Below the pieces are notes generated by a model that was not told the DNA's origin, did not search any database, and worked only from the letters and a program-made list of their open reading frames with translations. The translations under genes and the position numbers were made by a program. A DNA stretch of 64,000 nt from an uncultured bacterium (GTDB lineage Bacteria > B130-G9). This document shows positions 10,501 through 20,071 of this stretch, in pieces. The stretch is taken from NCBI GenBank assembly GCA_965372715.1, contig CBDVDH010000006.1, forward strand, positions 1 to 64,000, written 5' to 3'. Position 1 is the first letter of the stretch, and every line of letters starts with the position of its first letter.

Positions 10501-12773
10501 ACCCAAACCTGCCGGGTGAAGTGGTCGTCTCAAAAGTATTGTCCGCCGACAGGGCAATGCGCACGGGGCACTTTCTCAAAGCGCTTCATTGGATGGCGGA
10601 CGAGCTCGAGGAGCATCGAAAGAGATTGATGGCGCGCACCGGTAACGACGTCTTCTCAGACGAGAAGGACTCCGGGCGCCTCGGACTCAGGATCAAGCTC
10701 CCCAGAAAACTGCTTAGGGCAACGTTTCACCTATATTGCGACCCATTGGCGCGCAACGTTATAGGTGATTTCTGGCGGAATGCCTATGGCGGTCGCGCCG
10801 GGCTGAAGAGCGACGCCAGCTGGCTGGGACTTGCCGCGGCCGCGGAAAGCATCGGCTCTCGCACCTCATTAACATCAGTGCGGACCCAGGCTGATGATCG
10901 CTCCGACCGCTTGGAGTTCCTGGACGCGATGGCCGCCTGGATGCAGAAGACCTGTGCCTACTGCGTCGATCTCGCCAAGCGACGCGCCAATCAGCGTGAC
11001 GAGAGCGGCGAGGCGTTCAAACCCGTGCCGTTTGTCGATGGCGCCAAAGACTTGGTCGCGGACCTGCACTTTTCAAGTTGCTACGAGGCGGTGCTTACGA
11101 CCGTTTCTCTTGCGGTCTCGTCTGGACTTGATGCGGCGAGCGTCTCGGGATGGGACCCTGAGGCGGCTCGCGCCAGTCTCGAAGGCTTGGTCGCTGACAT
11201 ATCTTCGATTGACGTGCCCGACAACCTCTGCGACTGGGCGGGTGGAAACGTTGCGCGAATCCTGAGCATCTATCGAACGTTCTTCGATCAGTTGAGAGCA
11301 GTCAACGATGTGATGTTGGCGTCTGCCGAGGAAAAGGGCCCTGGCCTCGACGAGACCCCGGCGCTTACGGTGTCGGAGCCTGGTGAGAGCGAGGCCCCGC
11401 TGACGTACCTGCCTCGTCTCATCCTCGACAACTCTCGTTTCGCGCTCGGGATAGCAGGAGTGGCGAGGACCGCGAGAGACATCAGCCGGCGACGGTCCAG
11501 CGTCGATAGCACTGGCGAGGAGTTCGTCCGTTGGATCGACGCGACAAGCGCCGTGATCGACGTGTCGCTTTCGGCTATCGAGCGCTCACGGCAGACTTGC
11601 TGGTCGCAGCTGCGCGGCGCGATGGCGCGAGCTGCGGAGGCAGTTGCGTCCCGGCAGTGGGCGCCTCGCGTCGCGGAGCTGGGCTGGAAGAACGTCACGG
11701 AACTTCTGAGCGAGATGGCCGATGCGGCGGCGGGTGTTCGCTCGCGGCTGGAAGAGCTTCGGGGCGAGCTCGTCTTGGGGGTATGGTCGCCTCAAGCAGG
11801 CCTTGAGGATAGAGATCAGTTCTTCCAGCGAGTCGAGCAGTCGCTGCACATGGACCCGACGCGGGACGACATCAGGCGAAAACTCGGTGAAATCATTCTG
11901 CTGGACGAGTCGGATGCCCAGAACGTCAAGCGTGCGGTGCGGCTTCGCGCGAGATATAACGTGCGGCTTGTCGATAGAATAAGGCCGGGCCTTGTCCGGC
12001 CCTACGGCATCATTTCCGACGCGTCTGGGCGGCTCTTGATCGCTGATTTCGGCAACGGGCGAATCGGTCGCTTCGATCGCGCCACAGGATTCTTCGAGAT
12101 ACTTGCGGTTCCGCAAGTCCCGGGGCGTTCGGGTCCCTTCGTGGGCCCATATTGCCTCGCTCGCTGGAACGACAGCGTGTGGTGCAGCTTCGCTCAGGGA
12201 GACCTGCTGATTCGATACGACGAGCGGTTTGACGAGGTCGGAAGGCTTGGGCCTGCTATCGGCAAACTCAAGCTGGGGTCGCCTTTTGGGCTGGCAGTGG
12301 ACGAGGCAAGGAACGTGCTTCATGTAGCCGATCATGATGGCAATTGCATCTGGACAGTCAGCGAGGCCGACAAGAGTGGTGAGTTCACGGCGGTGAAATC
12401 GGTTACTGTCGATGGCCCACTTGGGATCGCCGTTGACACCAAAGGCAGAGTGGCTGTCAGCCAACATGCCGAGAACAAGGTGAGCCTCTTCGACACGGGC
12501 TGGGAGCTGATTGGCGTCCTTGAGGGCTTCAGCTGCCCTCACCTTGTTGCGTTCGCAGCAGACTCATCGCTATTCGTTGCGGACACCCGAAATGACTGTG
12601 TGAAGCGCTTCTCCGCCGATGGAGAGCTTGTTTATTCGATTCCAGCGAAGGCCCCGGCGGGAGTGTGGCTGAATGGTGACTATCTGTTGGTGACGGGGGC
12701 GGACACTAATGAGGTTTGGATTTGGAGATTCCTGTCCACAACATGGGGAACACCGGGATGCAGCGCGATTTGA
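7590..12773 (+). CDS. Large NHL-repeat protein (N- and C-terminal beta-propellers, long helical middle)
   Basis: Repeats such as FFYPRGL..VCDSWNHRI, FYEPQAI..VDRGNHRLQRF at the N-terminus and PYGI, PFGLAVD, PLGIAVD, PHLVAF..VADTRNDCV at the C-terminus. Confidence 0.85.
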   Translation: MREVLRRANLRWGTCFLSTNENSSRGSVPLNVLRPRKVVRIDPSLEPAVERVSGMAMDSLGNIFLSDEYNHRIVKLSASGDVLWAVGAKGQGEGSFFYPRGLTVLEELAQVLVCDSWNHRITALDLDGNLKFSFGHVGSGAGQFYEPQAICATTADELIVVVDRGNHRLQRFSPDGKFKGMIGRRGSVVEQEIALLHDTPAELFSRPCFLFPSGVAPLSSDSVSVLDAGNRRVLIFTDQLELVSEYELSDPAEDGRFAPTAIAANDEGFFFLLDTEHRTIQQVAPPGLPIVTFEIEASQEHGELQPQLLATAGGLVVVNAPPCELSFFQLEQSSLKDAILNATDTPDKKDAAVESLIEIGVKRGDADLVNQGVSGAVSREAASFASLRVAAWGLMKLEQPLNLYLLLSRAVQAANGERERNENEQIALLRELEPKMALSANETVACEAALIADDASPHSVSEGDALRDYQATLLKLKLLMAKETRQTNRLIELVRDAAVLYRRRELWEGFEFCLGVLLQAALKEAESLKDSLLGIRNRLGEMVGLCKSVMADSPEQQAVNRFVYLGRYRAVLEANRGLYLGALTRATDSIGVVLGEQLTSSAASARFLERTDRAEQEFVRRLLDSVAAVFAIGGADREVLDTTGRLIWTLLRSYPSLRKLAARKDAFESLGYDPTNVSVDTGELERFVYAYLFSRAVDGDGLIGAPVFDEAASVAWDDVNLSNIMESIRNPQSPIRNPQDGHANDPLDVIKQVRDSIVTHGQSWARVILESYMRLAGLRASPRAIANKALMDFLVNRQRDCYGTIFDAHRMSLEGSSQLLKLLVAGVVASGDEKLISQVGKELSTTRLVEFLERLASNVCPPLTDKSGKPVCDNESLTNLRQRNEVLDVVLNALNRVRMLFANSRFHLSLAGAKFGIQLGDDDGVEWANKGTADLMLASSENYVRCQHGLREWLWSHWGKESLGSREGVLDPNLPGEVVVSKVLSADRAMRTGHFLKALHWMADELEEHRKRLMARTGNDVFSDEKDSGRLGLRIKLPRKLLRATFHLYCDPLARNVIGDFWRNAYGGRAGLKSDASWLGLAAAAESIGSRTSLTSVRTQADDRSDRLEFLDAMAAWMQKTCAYCVDLAKRRANQRDESGEAFKPVPFVDGAKDLVADLHFSSCYEAVLTTVSLAVSSGLDAASVSGWDPEAARASLEGLVADISSIDVPDNLCDWAGGNVARILSIYRTFFDQLRAVNDVMLASAEEKGPGLDETPALTVSEPGESEAPLTYLPRLILDNSRFALGIAGVARTARDISRRRSSVDSTGEEFVRWIDATSAVIDVSLSAIERSRQTCWSQLRGAMARAAEAVASRQWAPRVAELGWKNVTELLSEMADAAAGVRSRLEELRGELVLGVWSPQAGLEDRDQFFQRVEQSLHMDPTRDDIRRKLGEIILLDESDAQNVKRAVRLRARYNVRLVDRIRPGLVRPYGIISDASGRLLIADFGNGRIGRFDRATGFFEILAVPQVPGRSGPFVGPYCLARWNDSVWCSFAQGDLLIRYDERFDEVGRLGPAIGKLKLGSPFGLAVDEARNVLHVADHDGNCIWTVSEADKSGEFTAVKSVTVDGPLGIAVDTKGRVAVSQHAENKVSLFDTGWELIGVLEGFSCPHLVAFAADSSLFVADTRNDCVKRFSADGELVYSIPAKAPAGVWLNGDYLLVTGADTNEVWIWRFLSTTWGTPGCSAI
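9769..9803. repeat. CAATCCG heptamer array x5 inside the NHL gene
   Basis: caatccg caatccg caatccc caatccg caatccg, translated SIRNPQSPIRNPQ. Confidence 0.85.
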
Positions 12774-13375
12774 GTCGGCTAAACAGCTATCTTGACCTCC
12801 TTCTTCCCGACGTTTATGACCGAATGAAAACCGTCAATCATCGGATGACACCTGACCATATAGAATCGGCCTTGCAGGCGTATGGGTGGTTCGAGAGCTT
12901 CGGGTTTCAGTATCGTGACGTGCTGGACGTTGGGTGTGCGGACGGGTGGTTTGTGGAGCGGTTCAATCTCGATGGTAAGGATGCTGTCGGGGTAACAATA
13001 AGCGAGATTGAGGTCGGACTTTGTATGGAAAGAGGTGTTGAGGTGGTTCACGCCGATATGTCGTTCTTGCCTCTTGATGGGCACTCGTTCGACCTTCTAT
13101 GGTGCCGTGATGCGATTGAGCACAGCGTCATGCCTCTGATCACTCTATTCGAGTTCAACCGGGTGTTGCGACCAGAGAAGTACGCGTTCATCGTTGTGCC
13201 GACACCTGACTATTGGGTTGCCGCCAGCAATCATTATTCTGTGCTGACTGACGATGGATGGCGGTGGTTGTTTGAGCTGGCGAAGTTCAAGATACTGGGA
13301 TTCCAACAGACGGATTCGATCGGGGGCGAGATGCGATACGTTCTCCAAAAAACCGCCGAGGTCCTAAAGGGATAA
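12758..13375 (+). CDS. Class I SAM-dependent methyltransferase
   Basis: VLDVGCADG, SFDLLW, EFNRVLRP. Confidence 0.88.
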   Translation: MQRDLSRLNSYLDLLLPDVYDRMKTVNHRMTPDHIESALQAYGWFESFGFQYRDVLDVGCADGWFVERFNLDGKDAVGVTISEIEVGLCMERGVEVVHADMSFLPLDGHSFDLLWCRDAIEHSVMPLITLFEFNRVLRPEKYAFIVVPTPDYWVAASNHYSVLTDDGWRWLFELAKFKILGFQQTDSIGGEMRYVLQKTAEVLKG

Positions 13376-13379
13376 GAGG

Positions 13380-14072
13380 GTGCTGCCCTTTCATCTTAAT
13401 TGGTTCACGCGCTATTCCTTCGTCGTGGACGTCATACGCAACAGGGGATTGGACGGTGGCCGAATCCTTGAGGTCGGCTCCGGGTCATTTGGTCTGGCGT
13501 TGTTCATCGGCAAACGCGTCATTGGCCTGGACACCTCGTTTGACCGGGAGACGCACGAGTTGCTCGCACCCATACGGGGCCGAGCGGGGCTCCTCCCATT
13601 CGAGGACAGGTCGTTCGATCTGGTCGTCTCCCTCGATCTCGTCGAGCATGTTCCCCCAGCCGACCGACCGCGACTGATTGCCGAGATGTATCGGGTCTGT
13701 GGGTCCCACCTCGTCATCGGCTGCCCCATCGGGCAAACAGCCGTGGAGTGTGACCGGAGATTCGCGAACTGGCTGGGCAGAAACGGGAAGGACCTCCCGT
13801 TGTGGCTCGCCGAGCACCTCGAAACCGACATGCCGCAGGAGCAAGAGATCGTTTCCATCATTGAAAGCCTCCTGGGCGCCGCCGTCGAGGTCTTTCCGAA
13901 CGAGAACGCAGCGGCGCACACAATGGCCATCATTGCAGACCACACGCCAGAGGTTCTCGACAGCCTGAGACCGAGCCTGAATGCTCATCTGGAGGAGTGG
14001 TTGGAGGTCTGTCGCCGAGTCAACTTCGGCGACTGCTATCGCAAGTTCTTCGTCGTCGAGAGGAGTGAATGA
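13380..14072 (+). CDS. Class I SAM-dependent methyltransferase (type 11)
   Basis: ILEVGSG, LPFEDRSFDLVVSLDLVEHV, EMYRV. Confidence 0.88.
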   Translation: MLPFHLNWFTRYSFVVDVIRNRGLDGGRILEVGSGSFGLALFIGKRVIGLDTSFDRETHELLAPIRGRAGLLPFEDRSFDLVVSLDLVEHVPPADRPRLIAEMYRVCGSHLVIGCPIGQTAVECDRRFANWLGRNGKDLPLWLAEHLETDMPQEQEIVSIIESLLGAAVEVFPNENAAAHTMAIIADHTPEVLDSLRPSLNAHLEEWLEVCRRVNFGDCYRKFFVVERSE

Positions 14073-16878
14073 GGAGCGACTATTGAACGCCTCGGTCATC
14101 ATCCCGACGTATAATCGTTCTCAGGCGCTTCTACGGTGCCTCAACGCGCTTATCGAGCAGAGGGGCGACGTCGGCTCGTTTGAGATCGTTGTCGTTGATG
14201 ACGGCTCGACCGATGATACGGCGCGGATGGTAACCGGGCTTGCCGCGAAAAGCCCGGTTGAAATCCGACTCGTTGAGCTTGGCTCTCACGCGGGACCAGC
14301 GGCGGCTCGCAATCGTGGAATCACCGCAGCAACTTCCGAAATAGTGGTTTTCATCGGGGACGACATAATCGTCCAGCCGGGCTTTCTGAAGTGGCACTGT
14401 GCGATGCGCCGCAGATTCCGGAGTGCGCGCAATGCAATCCTTGGCTACACAACCTGGCACCCGGAGCTGGAGATTACGCCGTTTATGCGCTGGCTGGAGA
14501 GCTCGGGATTGCAGTTCGACTATCCGTGGATCGAGCGATATGGGCCGACTTGGCGGCATTTCTACACGAGCAATATCTCGCTAGAGAGAGGATTTCTGCT
14601 CCAGAATGGGCTTTTTGACGAGACATTCAAGGCGGCCGCGTTCGAGGACATAGACCTGGGCTTCAGACTGGCCAAACACGGGCTTCGCATTCTTTACTGT
14701 CCGCAGGCAGCTGCCTACCATCTACACACTAGCTACGGACCAGACCGCACATGGGCACGGAGAATGACCGTGAGGGGCTTTTATGAGATGCTCTTCGAGC
14801 GCAAATACGCGGAGCTAAGCGAGGCCCTAGACCGTAAGCTGGGTCTGTGGCGCCAGATTCTCCTCGCCTCCCTGATCGACGAGAAAGCGGCGGACCGGGT
14901 CTCGCTGGCGACTGCCGATCCCTCTCGTATCGGAGAGGATGAGGGGGATAACTGGATGGAGGCGTTTGGCAGCTCGGCGTTTGAGGTCGTGGCAACGTTT
15001 CATAGTCGGCGTGGCGCAGTCTCACTGCTGAGCCGTGAGTATCCGGGCCTCAGGTGCGCGGCCCGGCATTACGCCAGCGCTACGGAGGCAGAGAAGGATG
15101 ATGACCTCAATCGTGCTTTCGCGGAGGCCATCGCCGCAAGACGCGCCGAGCCTGGTCTTGTGAGCCTTGCTTTTCTGACCGCAGACCTCTTCGCGAGACA
15201 TGGCAAAGTTGATGCCGCGGCCCGACAGTACAGGGATGTGCTCCGTGCGCGACCCAATCACGTTTACGCCAATCTCCAGCTTGCCGAGCTGCTCAGATGC
15301 ACGGGCAAGGATGCGGACCGGGCCAGACGGACATACAAGGCGGTCCTCGACCGCGGGATGGTGGAAAACGACTCTCGATCACTGGCTCATATCGGGCTTG
15401 GTATGTTGGGTATGACGAGAAACGCGCCTAAGGCCGCGCTGCGCTCATTCCGGAGAGCGTGTGCCGTTGCTCCTCCGGACGCGAACCTGAGAGCTTTCGG
15501 CCTGATCCACTCGGCAGAGGCGTGTGAGGCGTTGGGCAGACGAGAGGAAGCTCATCGGTTACTAGTTCAAGTGGATGATCTTGGATTCATCTCGCCAACG
15601 ACCCGTGCTCACGCGTCGTTCTCCAAGTCGGAGCTTCTGCGACTTGAGGGCCAGCTTCCGCGGGCGCTCCGATTGCTTGATGAGGCGAGGATGAAGTGCG
15701 CGGGGGATGATAGTCTCTTGGTCGAGATAGAGTTCAAGATGGGGCAGGTCGAGCTGGAGCGCAAGAGGCGTAAACGAGCGCTTGATCATTTCAAGACGGT
15801 CGCATCGATGCAGGCGCCTCCGCAGCTGGTTAATCAGGCGGCGTCTCTTGCGGCTGATATGCTTGTTGACGAGCGCCGATTCGATGAGGCGCTCTCCTAC
15901 CTGCGGGAGGTCGTGTCGGGCCCCGTGTCGGGGGACCTACTGGGTTCAGCAAGGGCGAGGATTGGCTCGATACTCTTTGAAAAGCAGGATTTCGAGGGCG
16001 CGCTGGGTGAGTTCCGGTCGGCCACTGAGGCGGGTTCGAAAGATAAGCAGCTCTTGGGGTGGGCGTTTTTCAGCATGGGGTTCTGTTGCAAGGAGCTGAG
16101 AAGACACGAAGAGGCAAGACGGCATTTCGCCAAGTCGCAGCGGTTGCTTTCTGACCCTGAGATGCTTGTTTCGTCGGTTTGGGAGCAGGCCCATCTGGCG
16201 TATGGCCGCAGGCAACCAGGGGGGGCGATACGCCGCTTTGAATCGGGTATTGAGTCCCTCATAAGAGGCGGGAGATGCTCTCAGGAGGTTGGCTTCAGAT
16301 CGGTCATGGCGCTGCATGACGCGCGAGCCTTCGACGCGGCGTCGAGACTGCTAAAGAGTCTGTCGAAAGTGATCGATTTAGACAGAAGGTTCTGGCGATT
16401 GGCGCTGGCCTATAAGAGAAGAGGCTTTCTGAGTAGTGTGGAGGACGTGATGTCGTCACTTGAGTTCCTGCCGCCTTCCGAGCAAGCGGAATGGCATCTT
16501 TCCGCGGCTTCTCTACTACTCGAGATGGGTTACGATCAAGACGCTGAGGATGAGGTCCGCTCGGCTCTGCGGCAGCGTTCGGGCTGGCCGCAAGCCAACT
16601 ACGTCTTGGGCTCGATCTTGGAGAAGCGGTGTAGCTTTGATGAGGCGAGCGCGCGGTTTGAGGCGGTGCTCGACCACGAGGTGAGCGTTGGCAAGGACCT
16701 TTGGAGCAGGATCATTGGCGGCGCACACTACCATTTGGCGTGTATTTTTGAGCGAAGTGGCGAAAAAGAGAAAGCTCTTGAGCACATCGAATCGTGTCTG
16801 GAGATCATGCCAAAGCACCGAAAAGCGATGGAATTGAGGCTGTCACTTCTCTCTGTGGCGGCCCCTGTTTCTGGATAG
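14065..16878 (+). CDS. GT2 glycosyltransferase with long C-terminal TPR array
   Basis: SVIIPTYNR, VVDDGSTD, FIGDD, FEDIDLGFRL followed by many TPR-like helices. Confidence 0.9.
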   Translation: MNEERLLNASVIIPTYNRSQALLRCLNALIEQRGDVGSFEIVVVDDGSTDDTARMVTGLAAKSPVEIRLVELGSHAGPAAARNRGITAATSEIVVFIGDDIIVQPGFLKWHCAMRRRFRSARNAILGYTTWHPELEITPFMRWLESSGLQFDYPWIERYGPTWRHFYTSNISLERGFLLQNGLFDETFKAAAFEDIDLGFRLAKHGLRILYCPQAAAYHLHTSYGPDRTWARRMTVRGFYEMLFERKYAELSEALDRKLGLWRQILLASLIDEKAADRVSLATADPSRIGEDEGDNWMEAFGSSAFEVVATFHSRRGAVSLLSREYPGLRCAARHYASATEAEKDDDLNRAFAEAIAARRAEPGLVSLAFLTADLFARHGKVDAAARQYRDVLRARPNHVYANLQLAELLRCTGKDADRARRTYKAVLDRGMVENDSRSLAHIGLGMLGMTRNAPKAALRSFRRACAVAPPDANLRAFGLIHSAEACEALGRREEAHRLLVQVDDLGFISPTTRAHASFSKSELLRLEGQLPRALRLLDEARMKCAGDDSLLVEIEFKMGQVELERKRRKRALDHFKTVASMQAPPQLVNQAASLAADMLVDERRFDEALSYLREVVSGPVSGDLLGSARARIGSILFEKQDFEGALGEFRSATEAGSKDKQLLGWAFFSMGFCCKELRRHEEARRHFAKSQRLLSDPEMLVSSVWEQAHLAYGRRQPGGAIRRFESGIESLIRGGRCSQEVGFRSVMALHDARAFDAASRLLKSLSKVIDLDRRFWRLALAYKRRGFLSSVEDVMSSLEFLPPSEQAEWHLSAASLLLEMGYDQDAEDEVRSALRQRSGWPQANYVLGSILEKRCSFDEASARFEAVLDHEVSVGKDLWSRIIGGAHYHLACIFERSGEKEKALEHIESCLEIMPKHRKAMELRLSLLSVAAPVSG

Positions 16879-16899
16879 GATACCCTGGAGGATGGATGT

Positions 16900-18291
16900 G
16901 TGGTGACGCTTCAGATGGACTTCGATGGAGGCAGCGCAAGTCGCCTACGCGGGGCGGAAGCCTTGCGCGGTGATTTGACGCACCTTGCGAGCTCGGTAAC
17001 CAAGGTTGCGGTTATCGTCCTTTCCCACAACGGCGCCAATGTGATCGAATCCTGCCTCAAATCCCTCTTCGCCACCGACTATAAGAACACGGAGATTATC
17101 GTCGTTGATAATGGCTCCACAGACTCGACTGCCGAAATCGTTCGCGATAAGTTCCCTGCGGCCAGGTTGATAAGCACCGGCAAGAATCTCGGCTTTGCGG
17201 GTGGTAACAACATTGGCATCTCGGCGACCGACGGGGACGTGATAGTGCTGTTGAATGACGACACGACGGTCATGCCGGACACGATCAGTCAGATAGCCAA
17301 GTTCGCCGCTTCGGACCCGGACGTAGGGATCATTGGTTGCAAGATACTATATCCAGATGGCAAGACGATACAACACGCTGGCGGTGCGATTCTGCCCAAT
17401 GGGCTCACCAGGCACTATGGCTGCGGCGAGTGTGACAACGGACAATATGACCGCGTTTTCGACGTTGGATATGTTACCGGGGCTGCTATCGCCATCAAAC
17501 GCGAGGTCTTGGACAAGCTTGGGCTGCTCGACGCGGGCTATTTCCCGATCTATTACGAGGAGGTCGAGTATTGTGAGCGGGCGAGACGTCTTGGCTATCG
17601 CGTCGCCTATCTCCCAAGCGCTGTACTACTTCATCATGAGTCTCAGGTAACGGTTAAGGCGAGTTTCGGCTTCTTTCTGCGCTATCACCTGGGTCGGCTG
17701 CGCTACGTATTGAAGAACTTTGGGGCCAGGAGGCTGCTTGGGTTTGCGAAAGAGGAGGTCCGGTGGCTCAGGAAAAGCGGTTTCAAGGAGCAGGGCAAGC
17801 CGCTCACGCTTGCCTATCTCAAGACGCTGCTCAAGCTTCCGGTAATACTGTGGGCCAGGCGCCGAGACTGGGTGAAAGAGCGGGTCAATCCCAGAATTGT
17901 AAAGAGCGCGATTGATTTTTCGCAGTCTGCGTTTTACAACTGTCTTGAGGGCTTCTCGCCGATTCAACAGTGGTGTGGCGCAGGGGTTCGCGCCGTTCCT
18001 GACGAGGCGCGGTTCAGGCTCCTGACGAAAGGCGACAGCCAGAAGCTGAGTTTGACGGTTGGGGCATTCAACGGGCACATCACGAAGCTAAAGGTTCTGG
18101 TTGACAGCCGTAACGTGGGAGAGGTCGAGGTTGCCGATTACTTGCACACGCTCAGGTTCGACCTGCCGCCCTTTGAGAGTTTGACAAAAGACAGCGATAA
18201 ACTGATACAAGTGGTTCTGCGGCCGACGTATCTAGGCCGCGAGCAAGGCCAGGGATACCGGTTGGCAGTAAAGGGCGCCTGGGTCGAGTAG
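16900..18291 (+). CDS. GT2 glycosyltransferase with C-terminal beta-sandwich-like domain
   Basis: VVDNGSTD, NLGFAGGNN, LLNDD, YYEEVEYCER. Confidence 0.9.
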   Translation: MVTLQMDFDGGSASRLRGAEALRGDLTHLASSVTKVAVIVLSHNGANVIESCLKSLFATDYKNTEIIVVDNGSTDSTAEIVRDKFPAARLISTGKNLGFAGGNNIGISATDGDVIVLLNDDTTVMPDTISQIAKFAASDPDVGIIGCKILYPDGKTIQHAGGAILPNGLTRHYGCGECDNGQYDRVFDVGYVTGAAIAIKREVLDKLGLLDAGYFPIYYEEVEYCERARRLGYRVAYLPSAVLLHHESQVTVKASFGFFLRYHLGRLRYVLKNFGARRLLGFAKEEVRWLRKSGFKEQGKPLTLAYLKTLLKLPVILWARRRDWVKERVNPRIVKSAIDFSQSAFYNCLEGFSPIQQWCGAGVRAVPDEARFRLLTKGDSQKLSLTVGAFNGHITKLKVLVDSRNVGEVEVADYLHTLRFDLPPFESLTKDSDKLIQVVLRPTYLGREQGQGYRLAVKGAWVE

Positions 18292-18401
18292 CCCGGGCCC
18301 GAGGTTACCCGCCCGAACAGGGGAGATGTTAAGAGGACGGCCCCTCGCGTGAGGGGCCGCAGCATAACTGAATTCCAGGGTCTAACAGGTATTGTTTGGG
18401 G

Positions 18402-20069
18402 ATGGCTAGAGTATTCGTTCTTGGGATGTATCTGCCCGGATTCCACGCCTCAGTAAGGATGACGGCGGCCAATTGCAGGACTGAGCAGATAGTCGATCCG
18501 ATTGTAGCGGCCGGTCACAAGGTGAGACTCTGCGCCTCAACCTACTTCTCCAGGCTTGGCAATCGTCGGTACACGCGCTTAAGGGCTAGCTCTCAGCTCG
18601 AGTACTATGAGATGAACTACCTCCAGTCCGACCAGCGCGATGAGCTGCTGAGATTGGCGGATGATTTCAAGCCCGATTGCATTGTGGCCGTGTCACAACA
18701 CCCGTCGCACCTGGCGGCTTCGCTGGGCCTCAAACTGCCTCTTTGGTGCGACCTTTACGGGGCCGTGATGCCCGAGGGGCAGGCGAAGGCGTTTGTCTAT
18801 AAGGACAACGATTTCCTGGGCGGGTTCTGGGCCTGTGAGCGTTTGGTGCTTGAGCGAGGTGATGTGTTCTCGACGTGCAGTACCTTTCAGGAGCATTTCC
18901 TTGTCGGTGAGCTGGCCGTGTTGGGGCGGCTTGGCAGGGAGAGCTTTGGGTATCAATTCGCCCGGACGATACCGCCGGGGATACCGGGAAAGTCCTTGAA
19001 AGCGCCTCGTGGGCGGGTGCTGAGAGGCAAGCTGGTCGGTGATGACGACTTCGTGATTCTCTGGGCGGGCGGCTACAATACTTGGACGGATATAGACACG
19101 CTGTTTGCGGCGCTTGAGGAGGTGTTTAAGAGGGACAAGAGAGCGAGATTCGTCTCGTTCGGTGGCTGCATCGACAGGCACGACGACGTCACCTATGCTC
19201 GGTTCTGTCGTATGGTCGAGGGTTCCAGGTTCAAGGACAGGTATGTTCTGAGCGGTTGGAGGAGTCGAAACGATGTGCTCCGGGCCTATAGGGAGGGCGA
19301 CATCGGCATCAACATCGACAAGTATCACTACGAATTGGTCTTCGGGACACGCACGCGGCTTGTCGAGATGATCGCCTGGGGGCTCCCCGTACTGACGACC
19401 GTGGGCTGTGAGCTAAGCTACTTGATTCGAGACAACGGGCTTGGACTGACCTTTGAGATTGGCGATCCTGCTGGGATGGCACGCGCTCTTCTCGACTATG
19501 CTGGGGCATTGCCGACCTCGCGTGAGCATTACTCCGGGCGGGCGCTCTCGCATTTCAGGGAGCGTTATTCTTATCATAGTACCTGTGAACCGCTGCTGAA
19601 ATGGCTCGGAAAGCCGTGCCGTGCCCCTGACCACGATGTGGCTAAGAGACCCGTTCTTGTGGTTGACGCCGCGGCTAGGCAGGCGGAGCTAGGTATCGAC
19701 AAGGGTCTTCTTGCGCTTGGGACGCAGAAGCTTTCGGACAATGATGATGAGGCTGCCATGAAGCTGCTGGATGCCTTCGTCACGCTTCGTCCTGACCACG
19801 CCCATGCCCATTATCATCTTGGCTCAGTCCTCAAGCGGCTGGGCAGAATCCAAGCGGCGCTTGACGCTTTCAAAGTGGCTGAATCCCTGGCCAGGAGAAG
19901 CCCTGACGGCACTGGATCGGGCATTCTGGGGGGCATACACTTCCATCTGGGAGAGTGCCAGCTTGCCATGAACGAGAAACGGCTGGCCGTTCGGCATTTC
20001 AAGAGATGTCTTGCCCTGATTCCGAATCACGGCAAAGCTACGAGATACCTCAGGAAACTTGGAGATTGA
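18402..20069 (+). CDS. GT4-like glycosyltransferase with C-terminal TPR
   Basis: GT-B type C-domain (TRLVEMIAWGLPVLTT, GLTFEIGD) and terminal TPRs. Confidence 0.8.
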   Translation: MARVFVLGMYLPGFHASVRMTAANCRTEQIVDPIVAAGHKVRLCASTYFSRLGNRRYTRLRASSQLEYYEMNYLQSDQRDELLRLADDFKPDCIVAVSQHPSHLAASLGLKLPLWCDLYGAVMPEGQAKAFVYKDNDFLGGFWACERLVLERGDVFSTCSTFQEHFLVGELAVLGRLGRESFGYQFARTIPPGIPGKSLKAPRGRVLRGKLVGDDDFVILWAGGYNTWTDIDTLFAALEEVFKRDKRARFVSFGGCIDRHDDVTYARFCRMVEGSRFKDRYVLSGWRSRNDVLRAYREGDIGINIDKYHYELVFGTRTRLVEMIAWGLPVLTTVGCELSYLIRDNGLGLTFEIGDPAGMARALLDYAGALPTSREHYSGRALSHFRERYSYHSTCEPLLKWLGKPCRAPDHDVAKRPVLVVDAAARQAELGIDKGLLALGTQKLSDNDDEAAMKLLDAFVTLRPDHAHAHYHLGSVLKRLGRIQAALDAFKVAESLARRSPDGTGSGILGGIHFHLGECQLAMNEKRLAVRHFKRCLALIPNHGKATRYLRKLGD

Positions 20070-20071
20070 CA

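Noticed and set aside
11586-12542. 318-aa minus-strand ORF
   Set aside because: Antisense shadow of the NHL gene; no recognisable motifs
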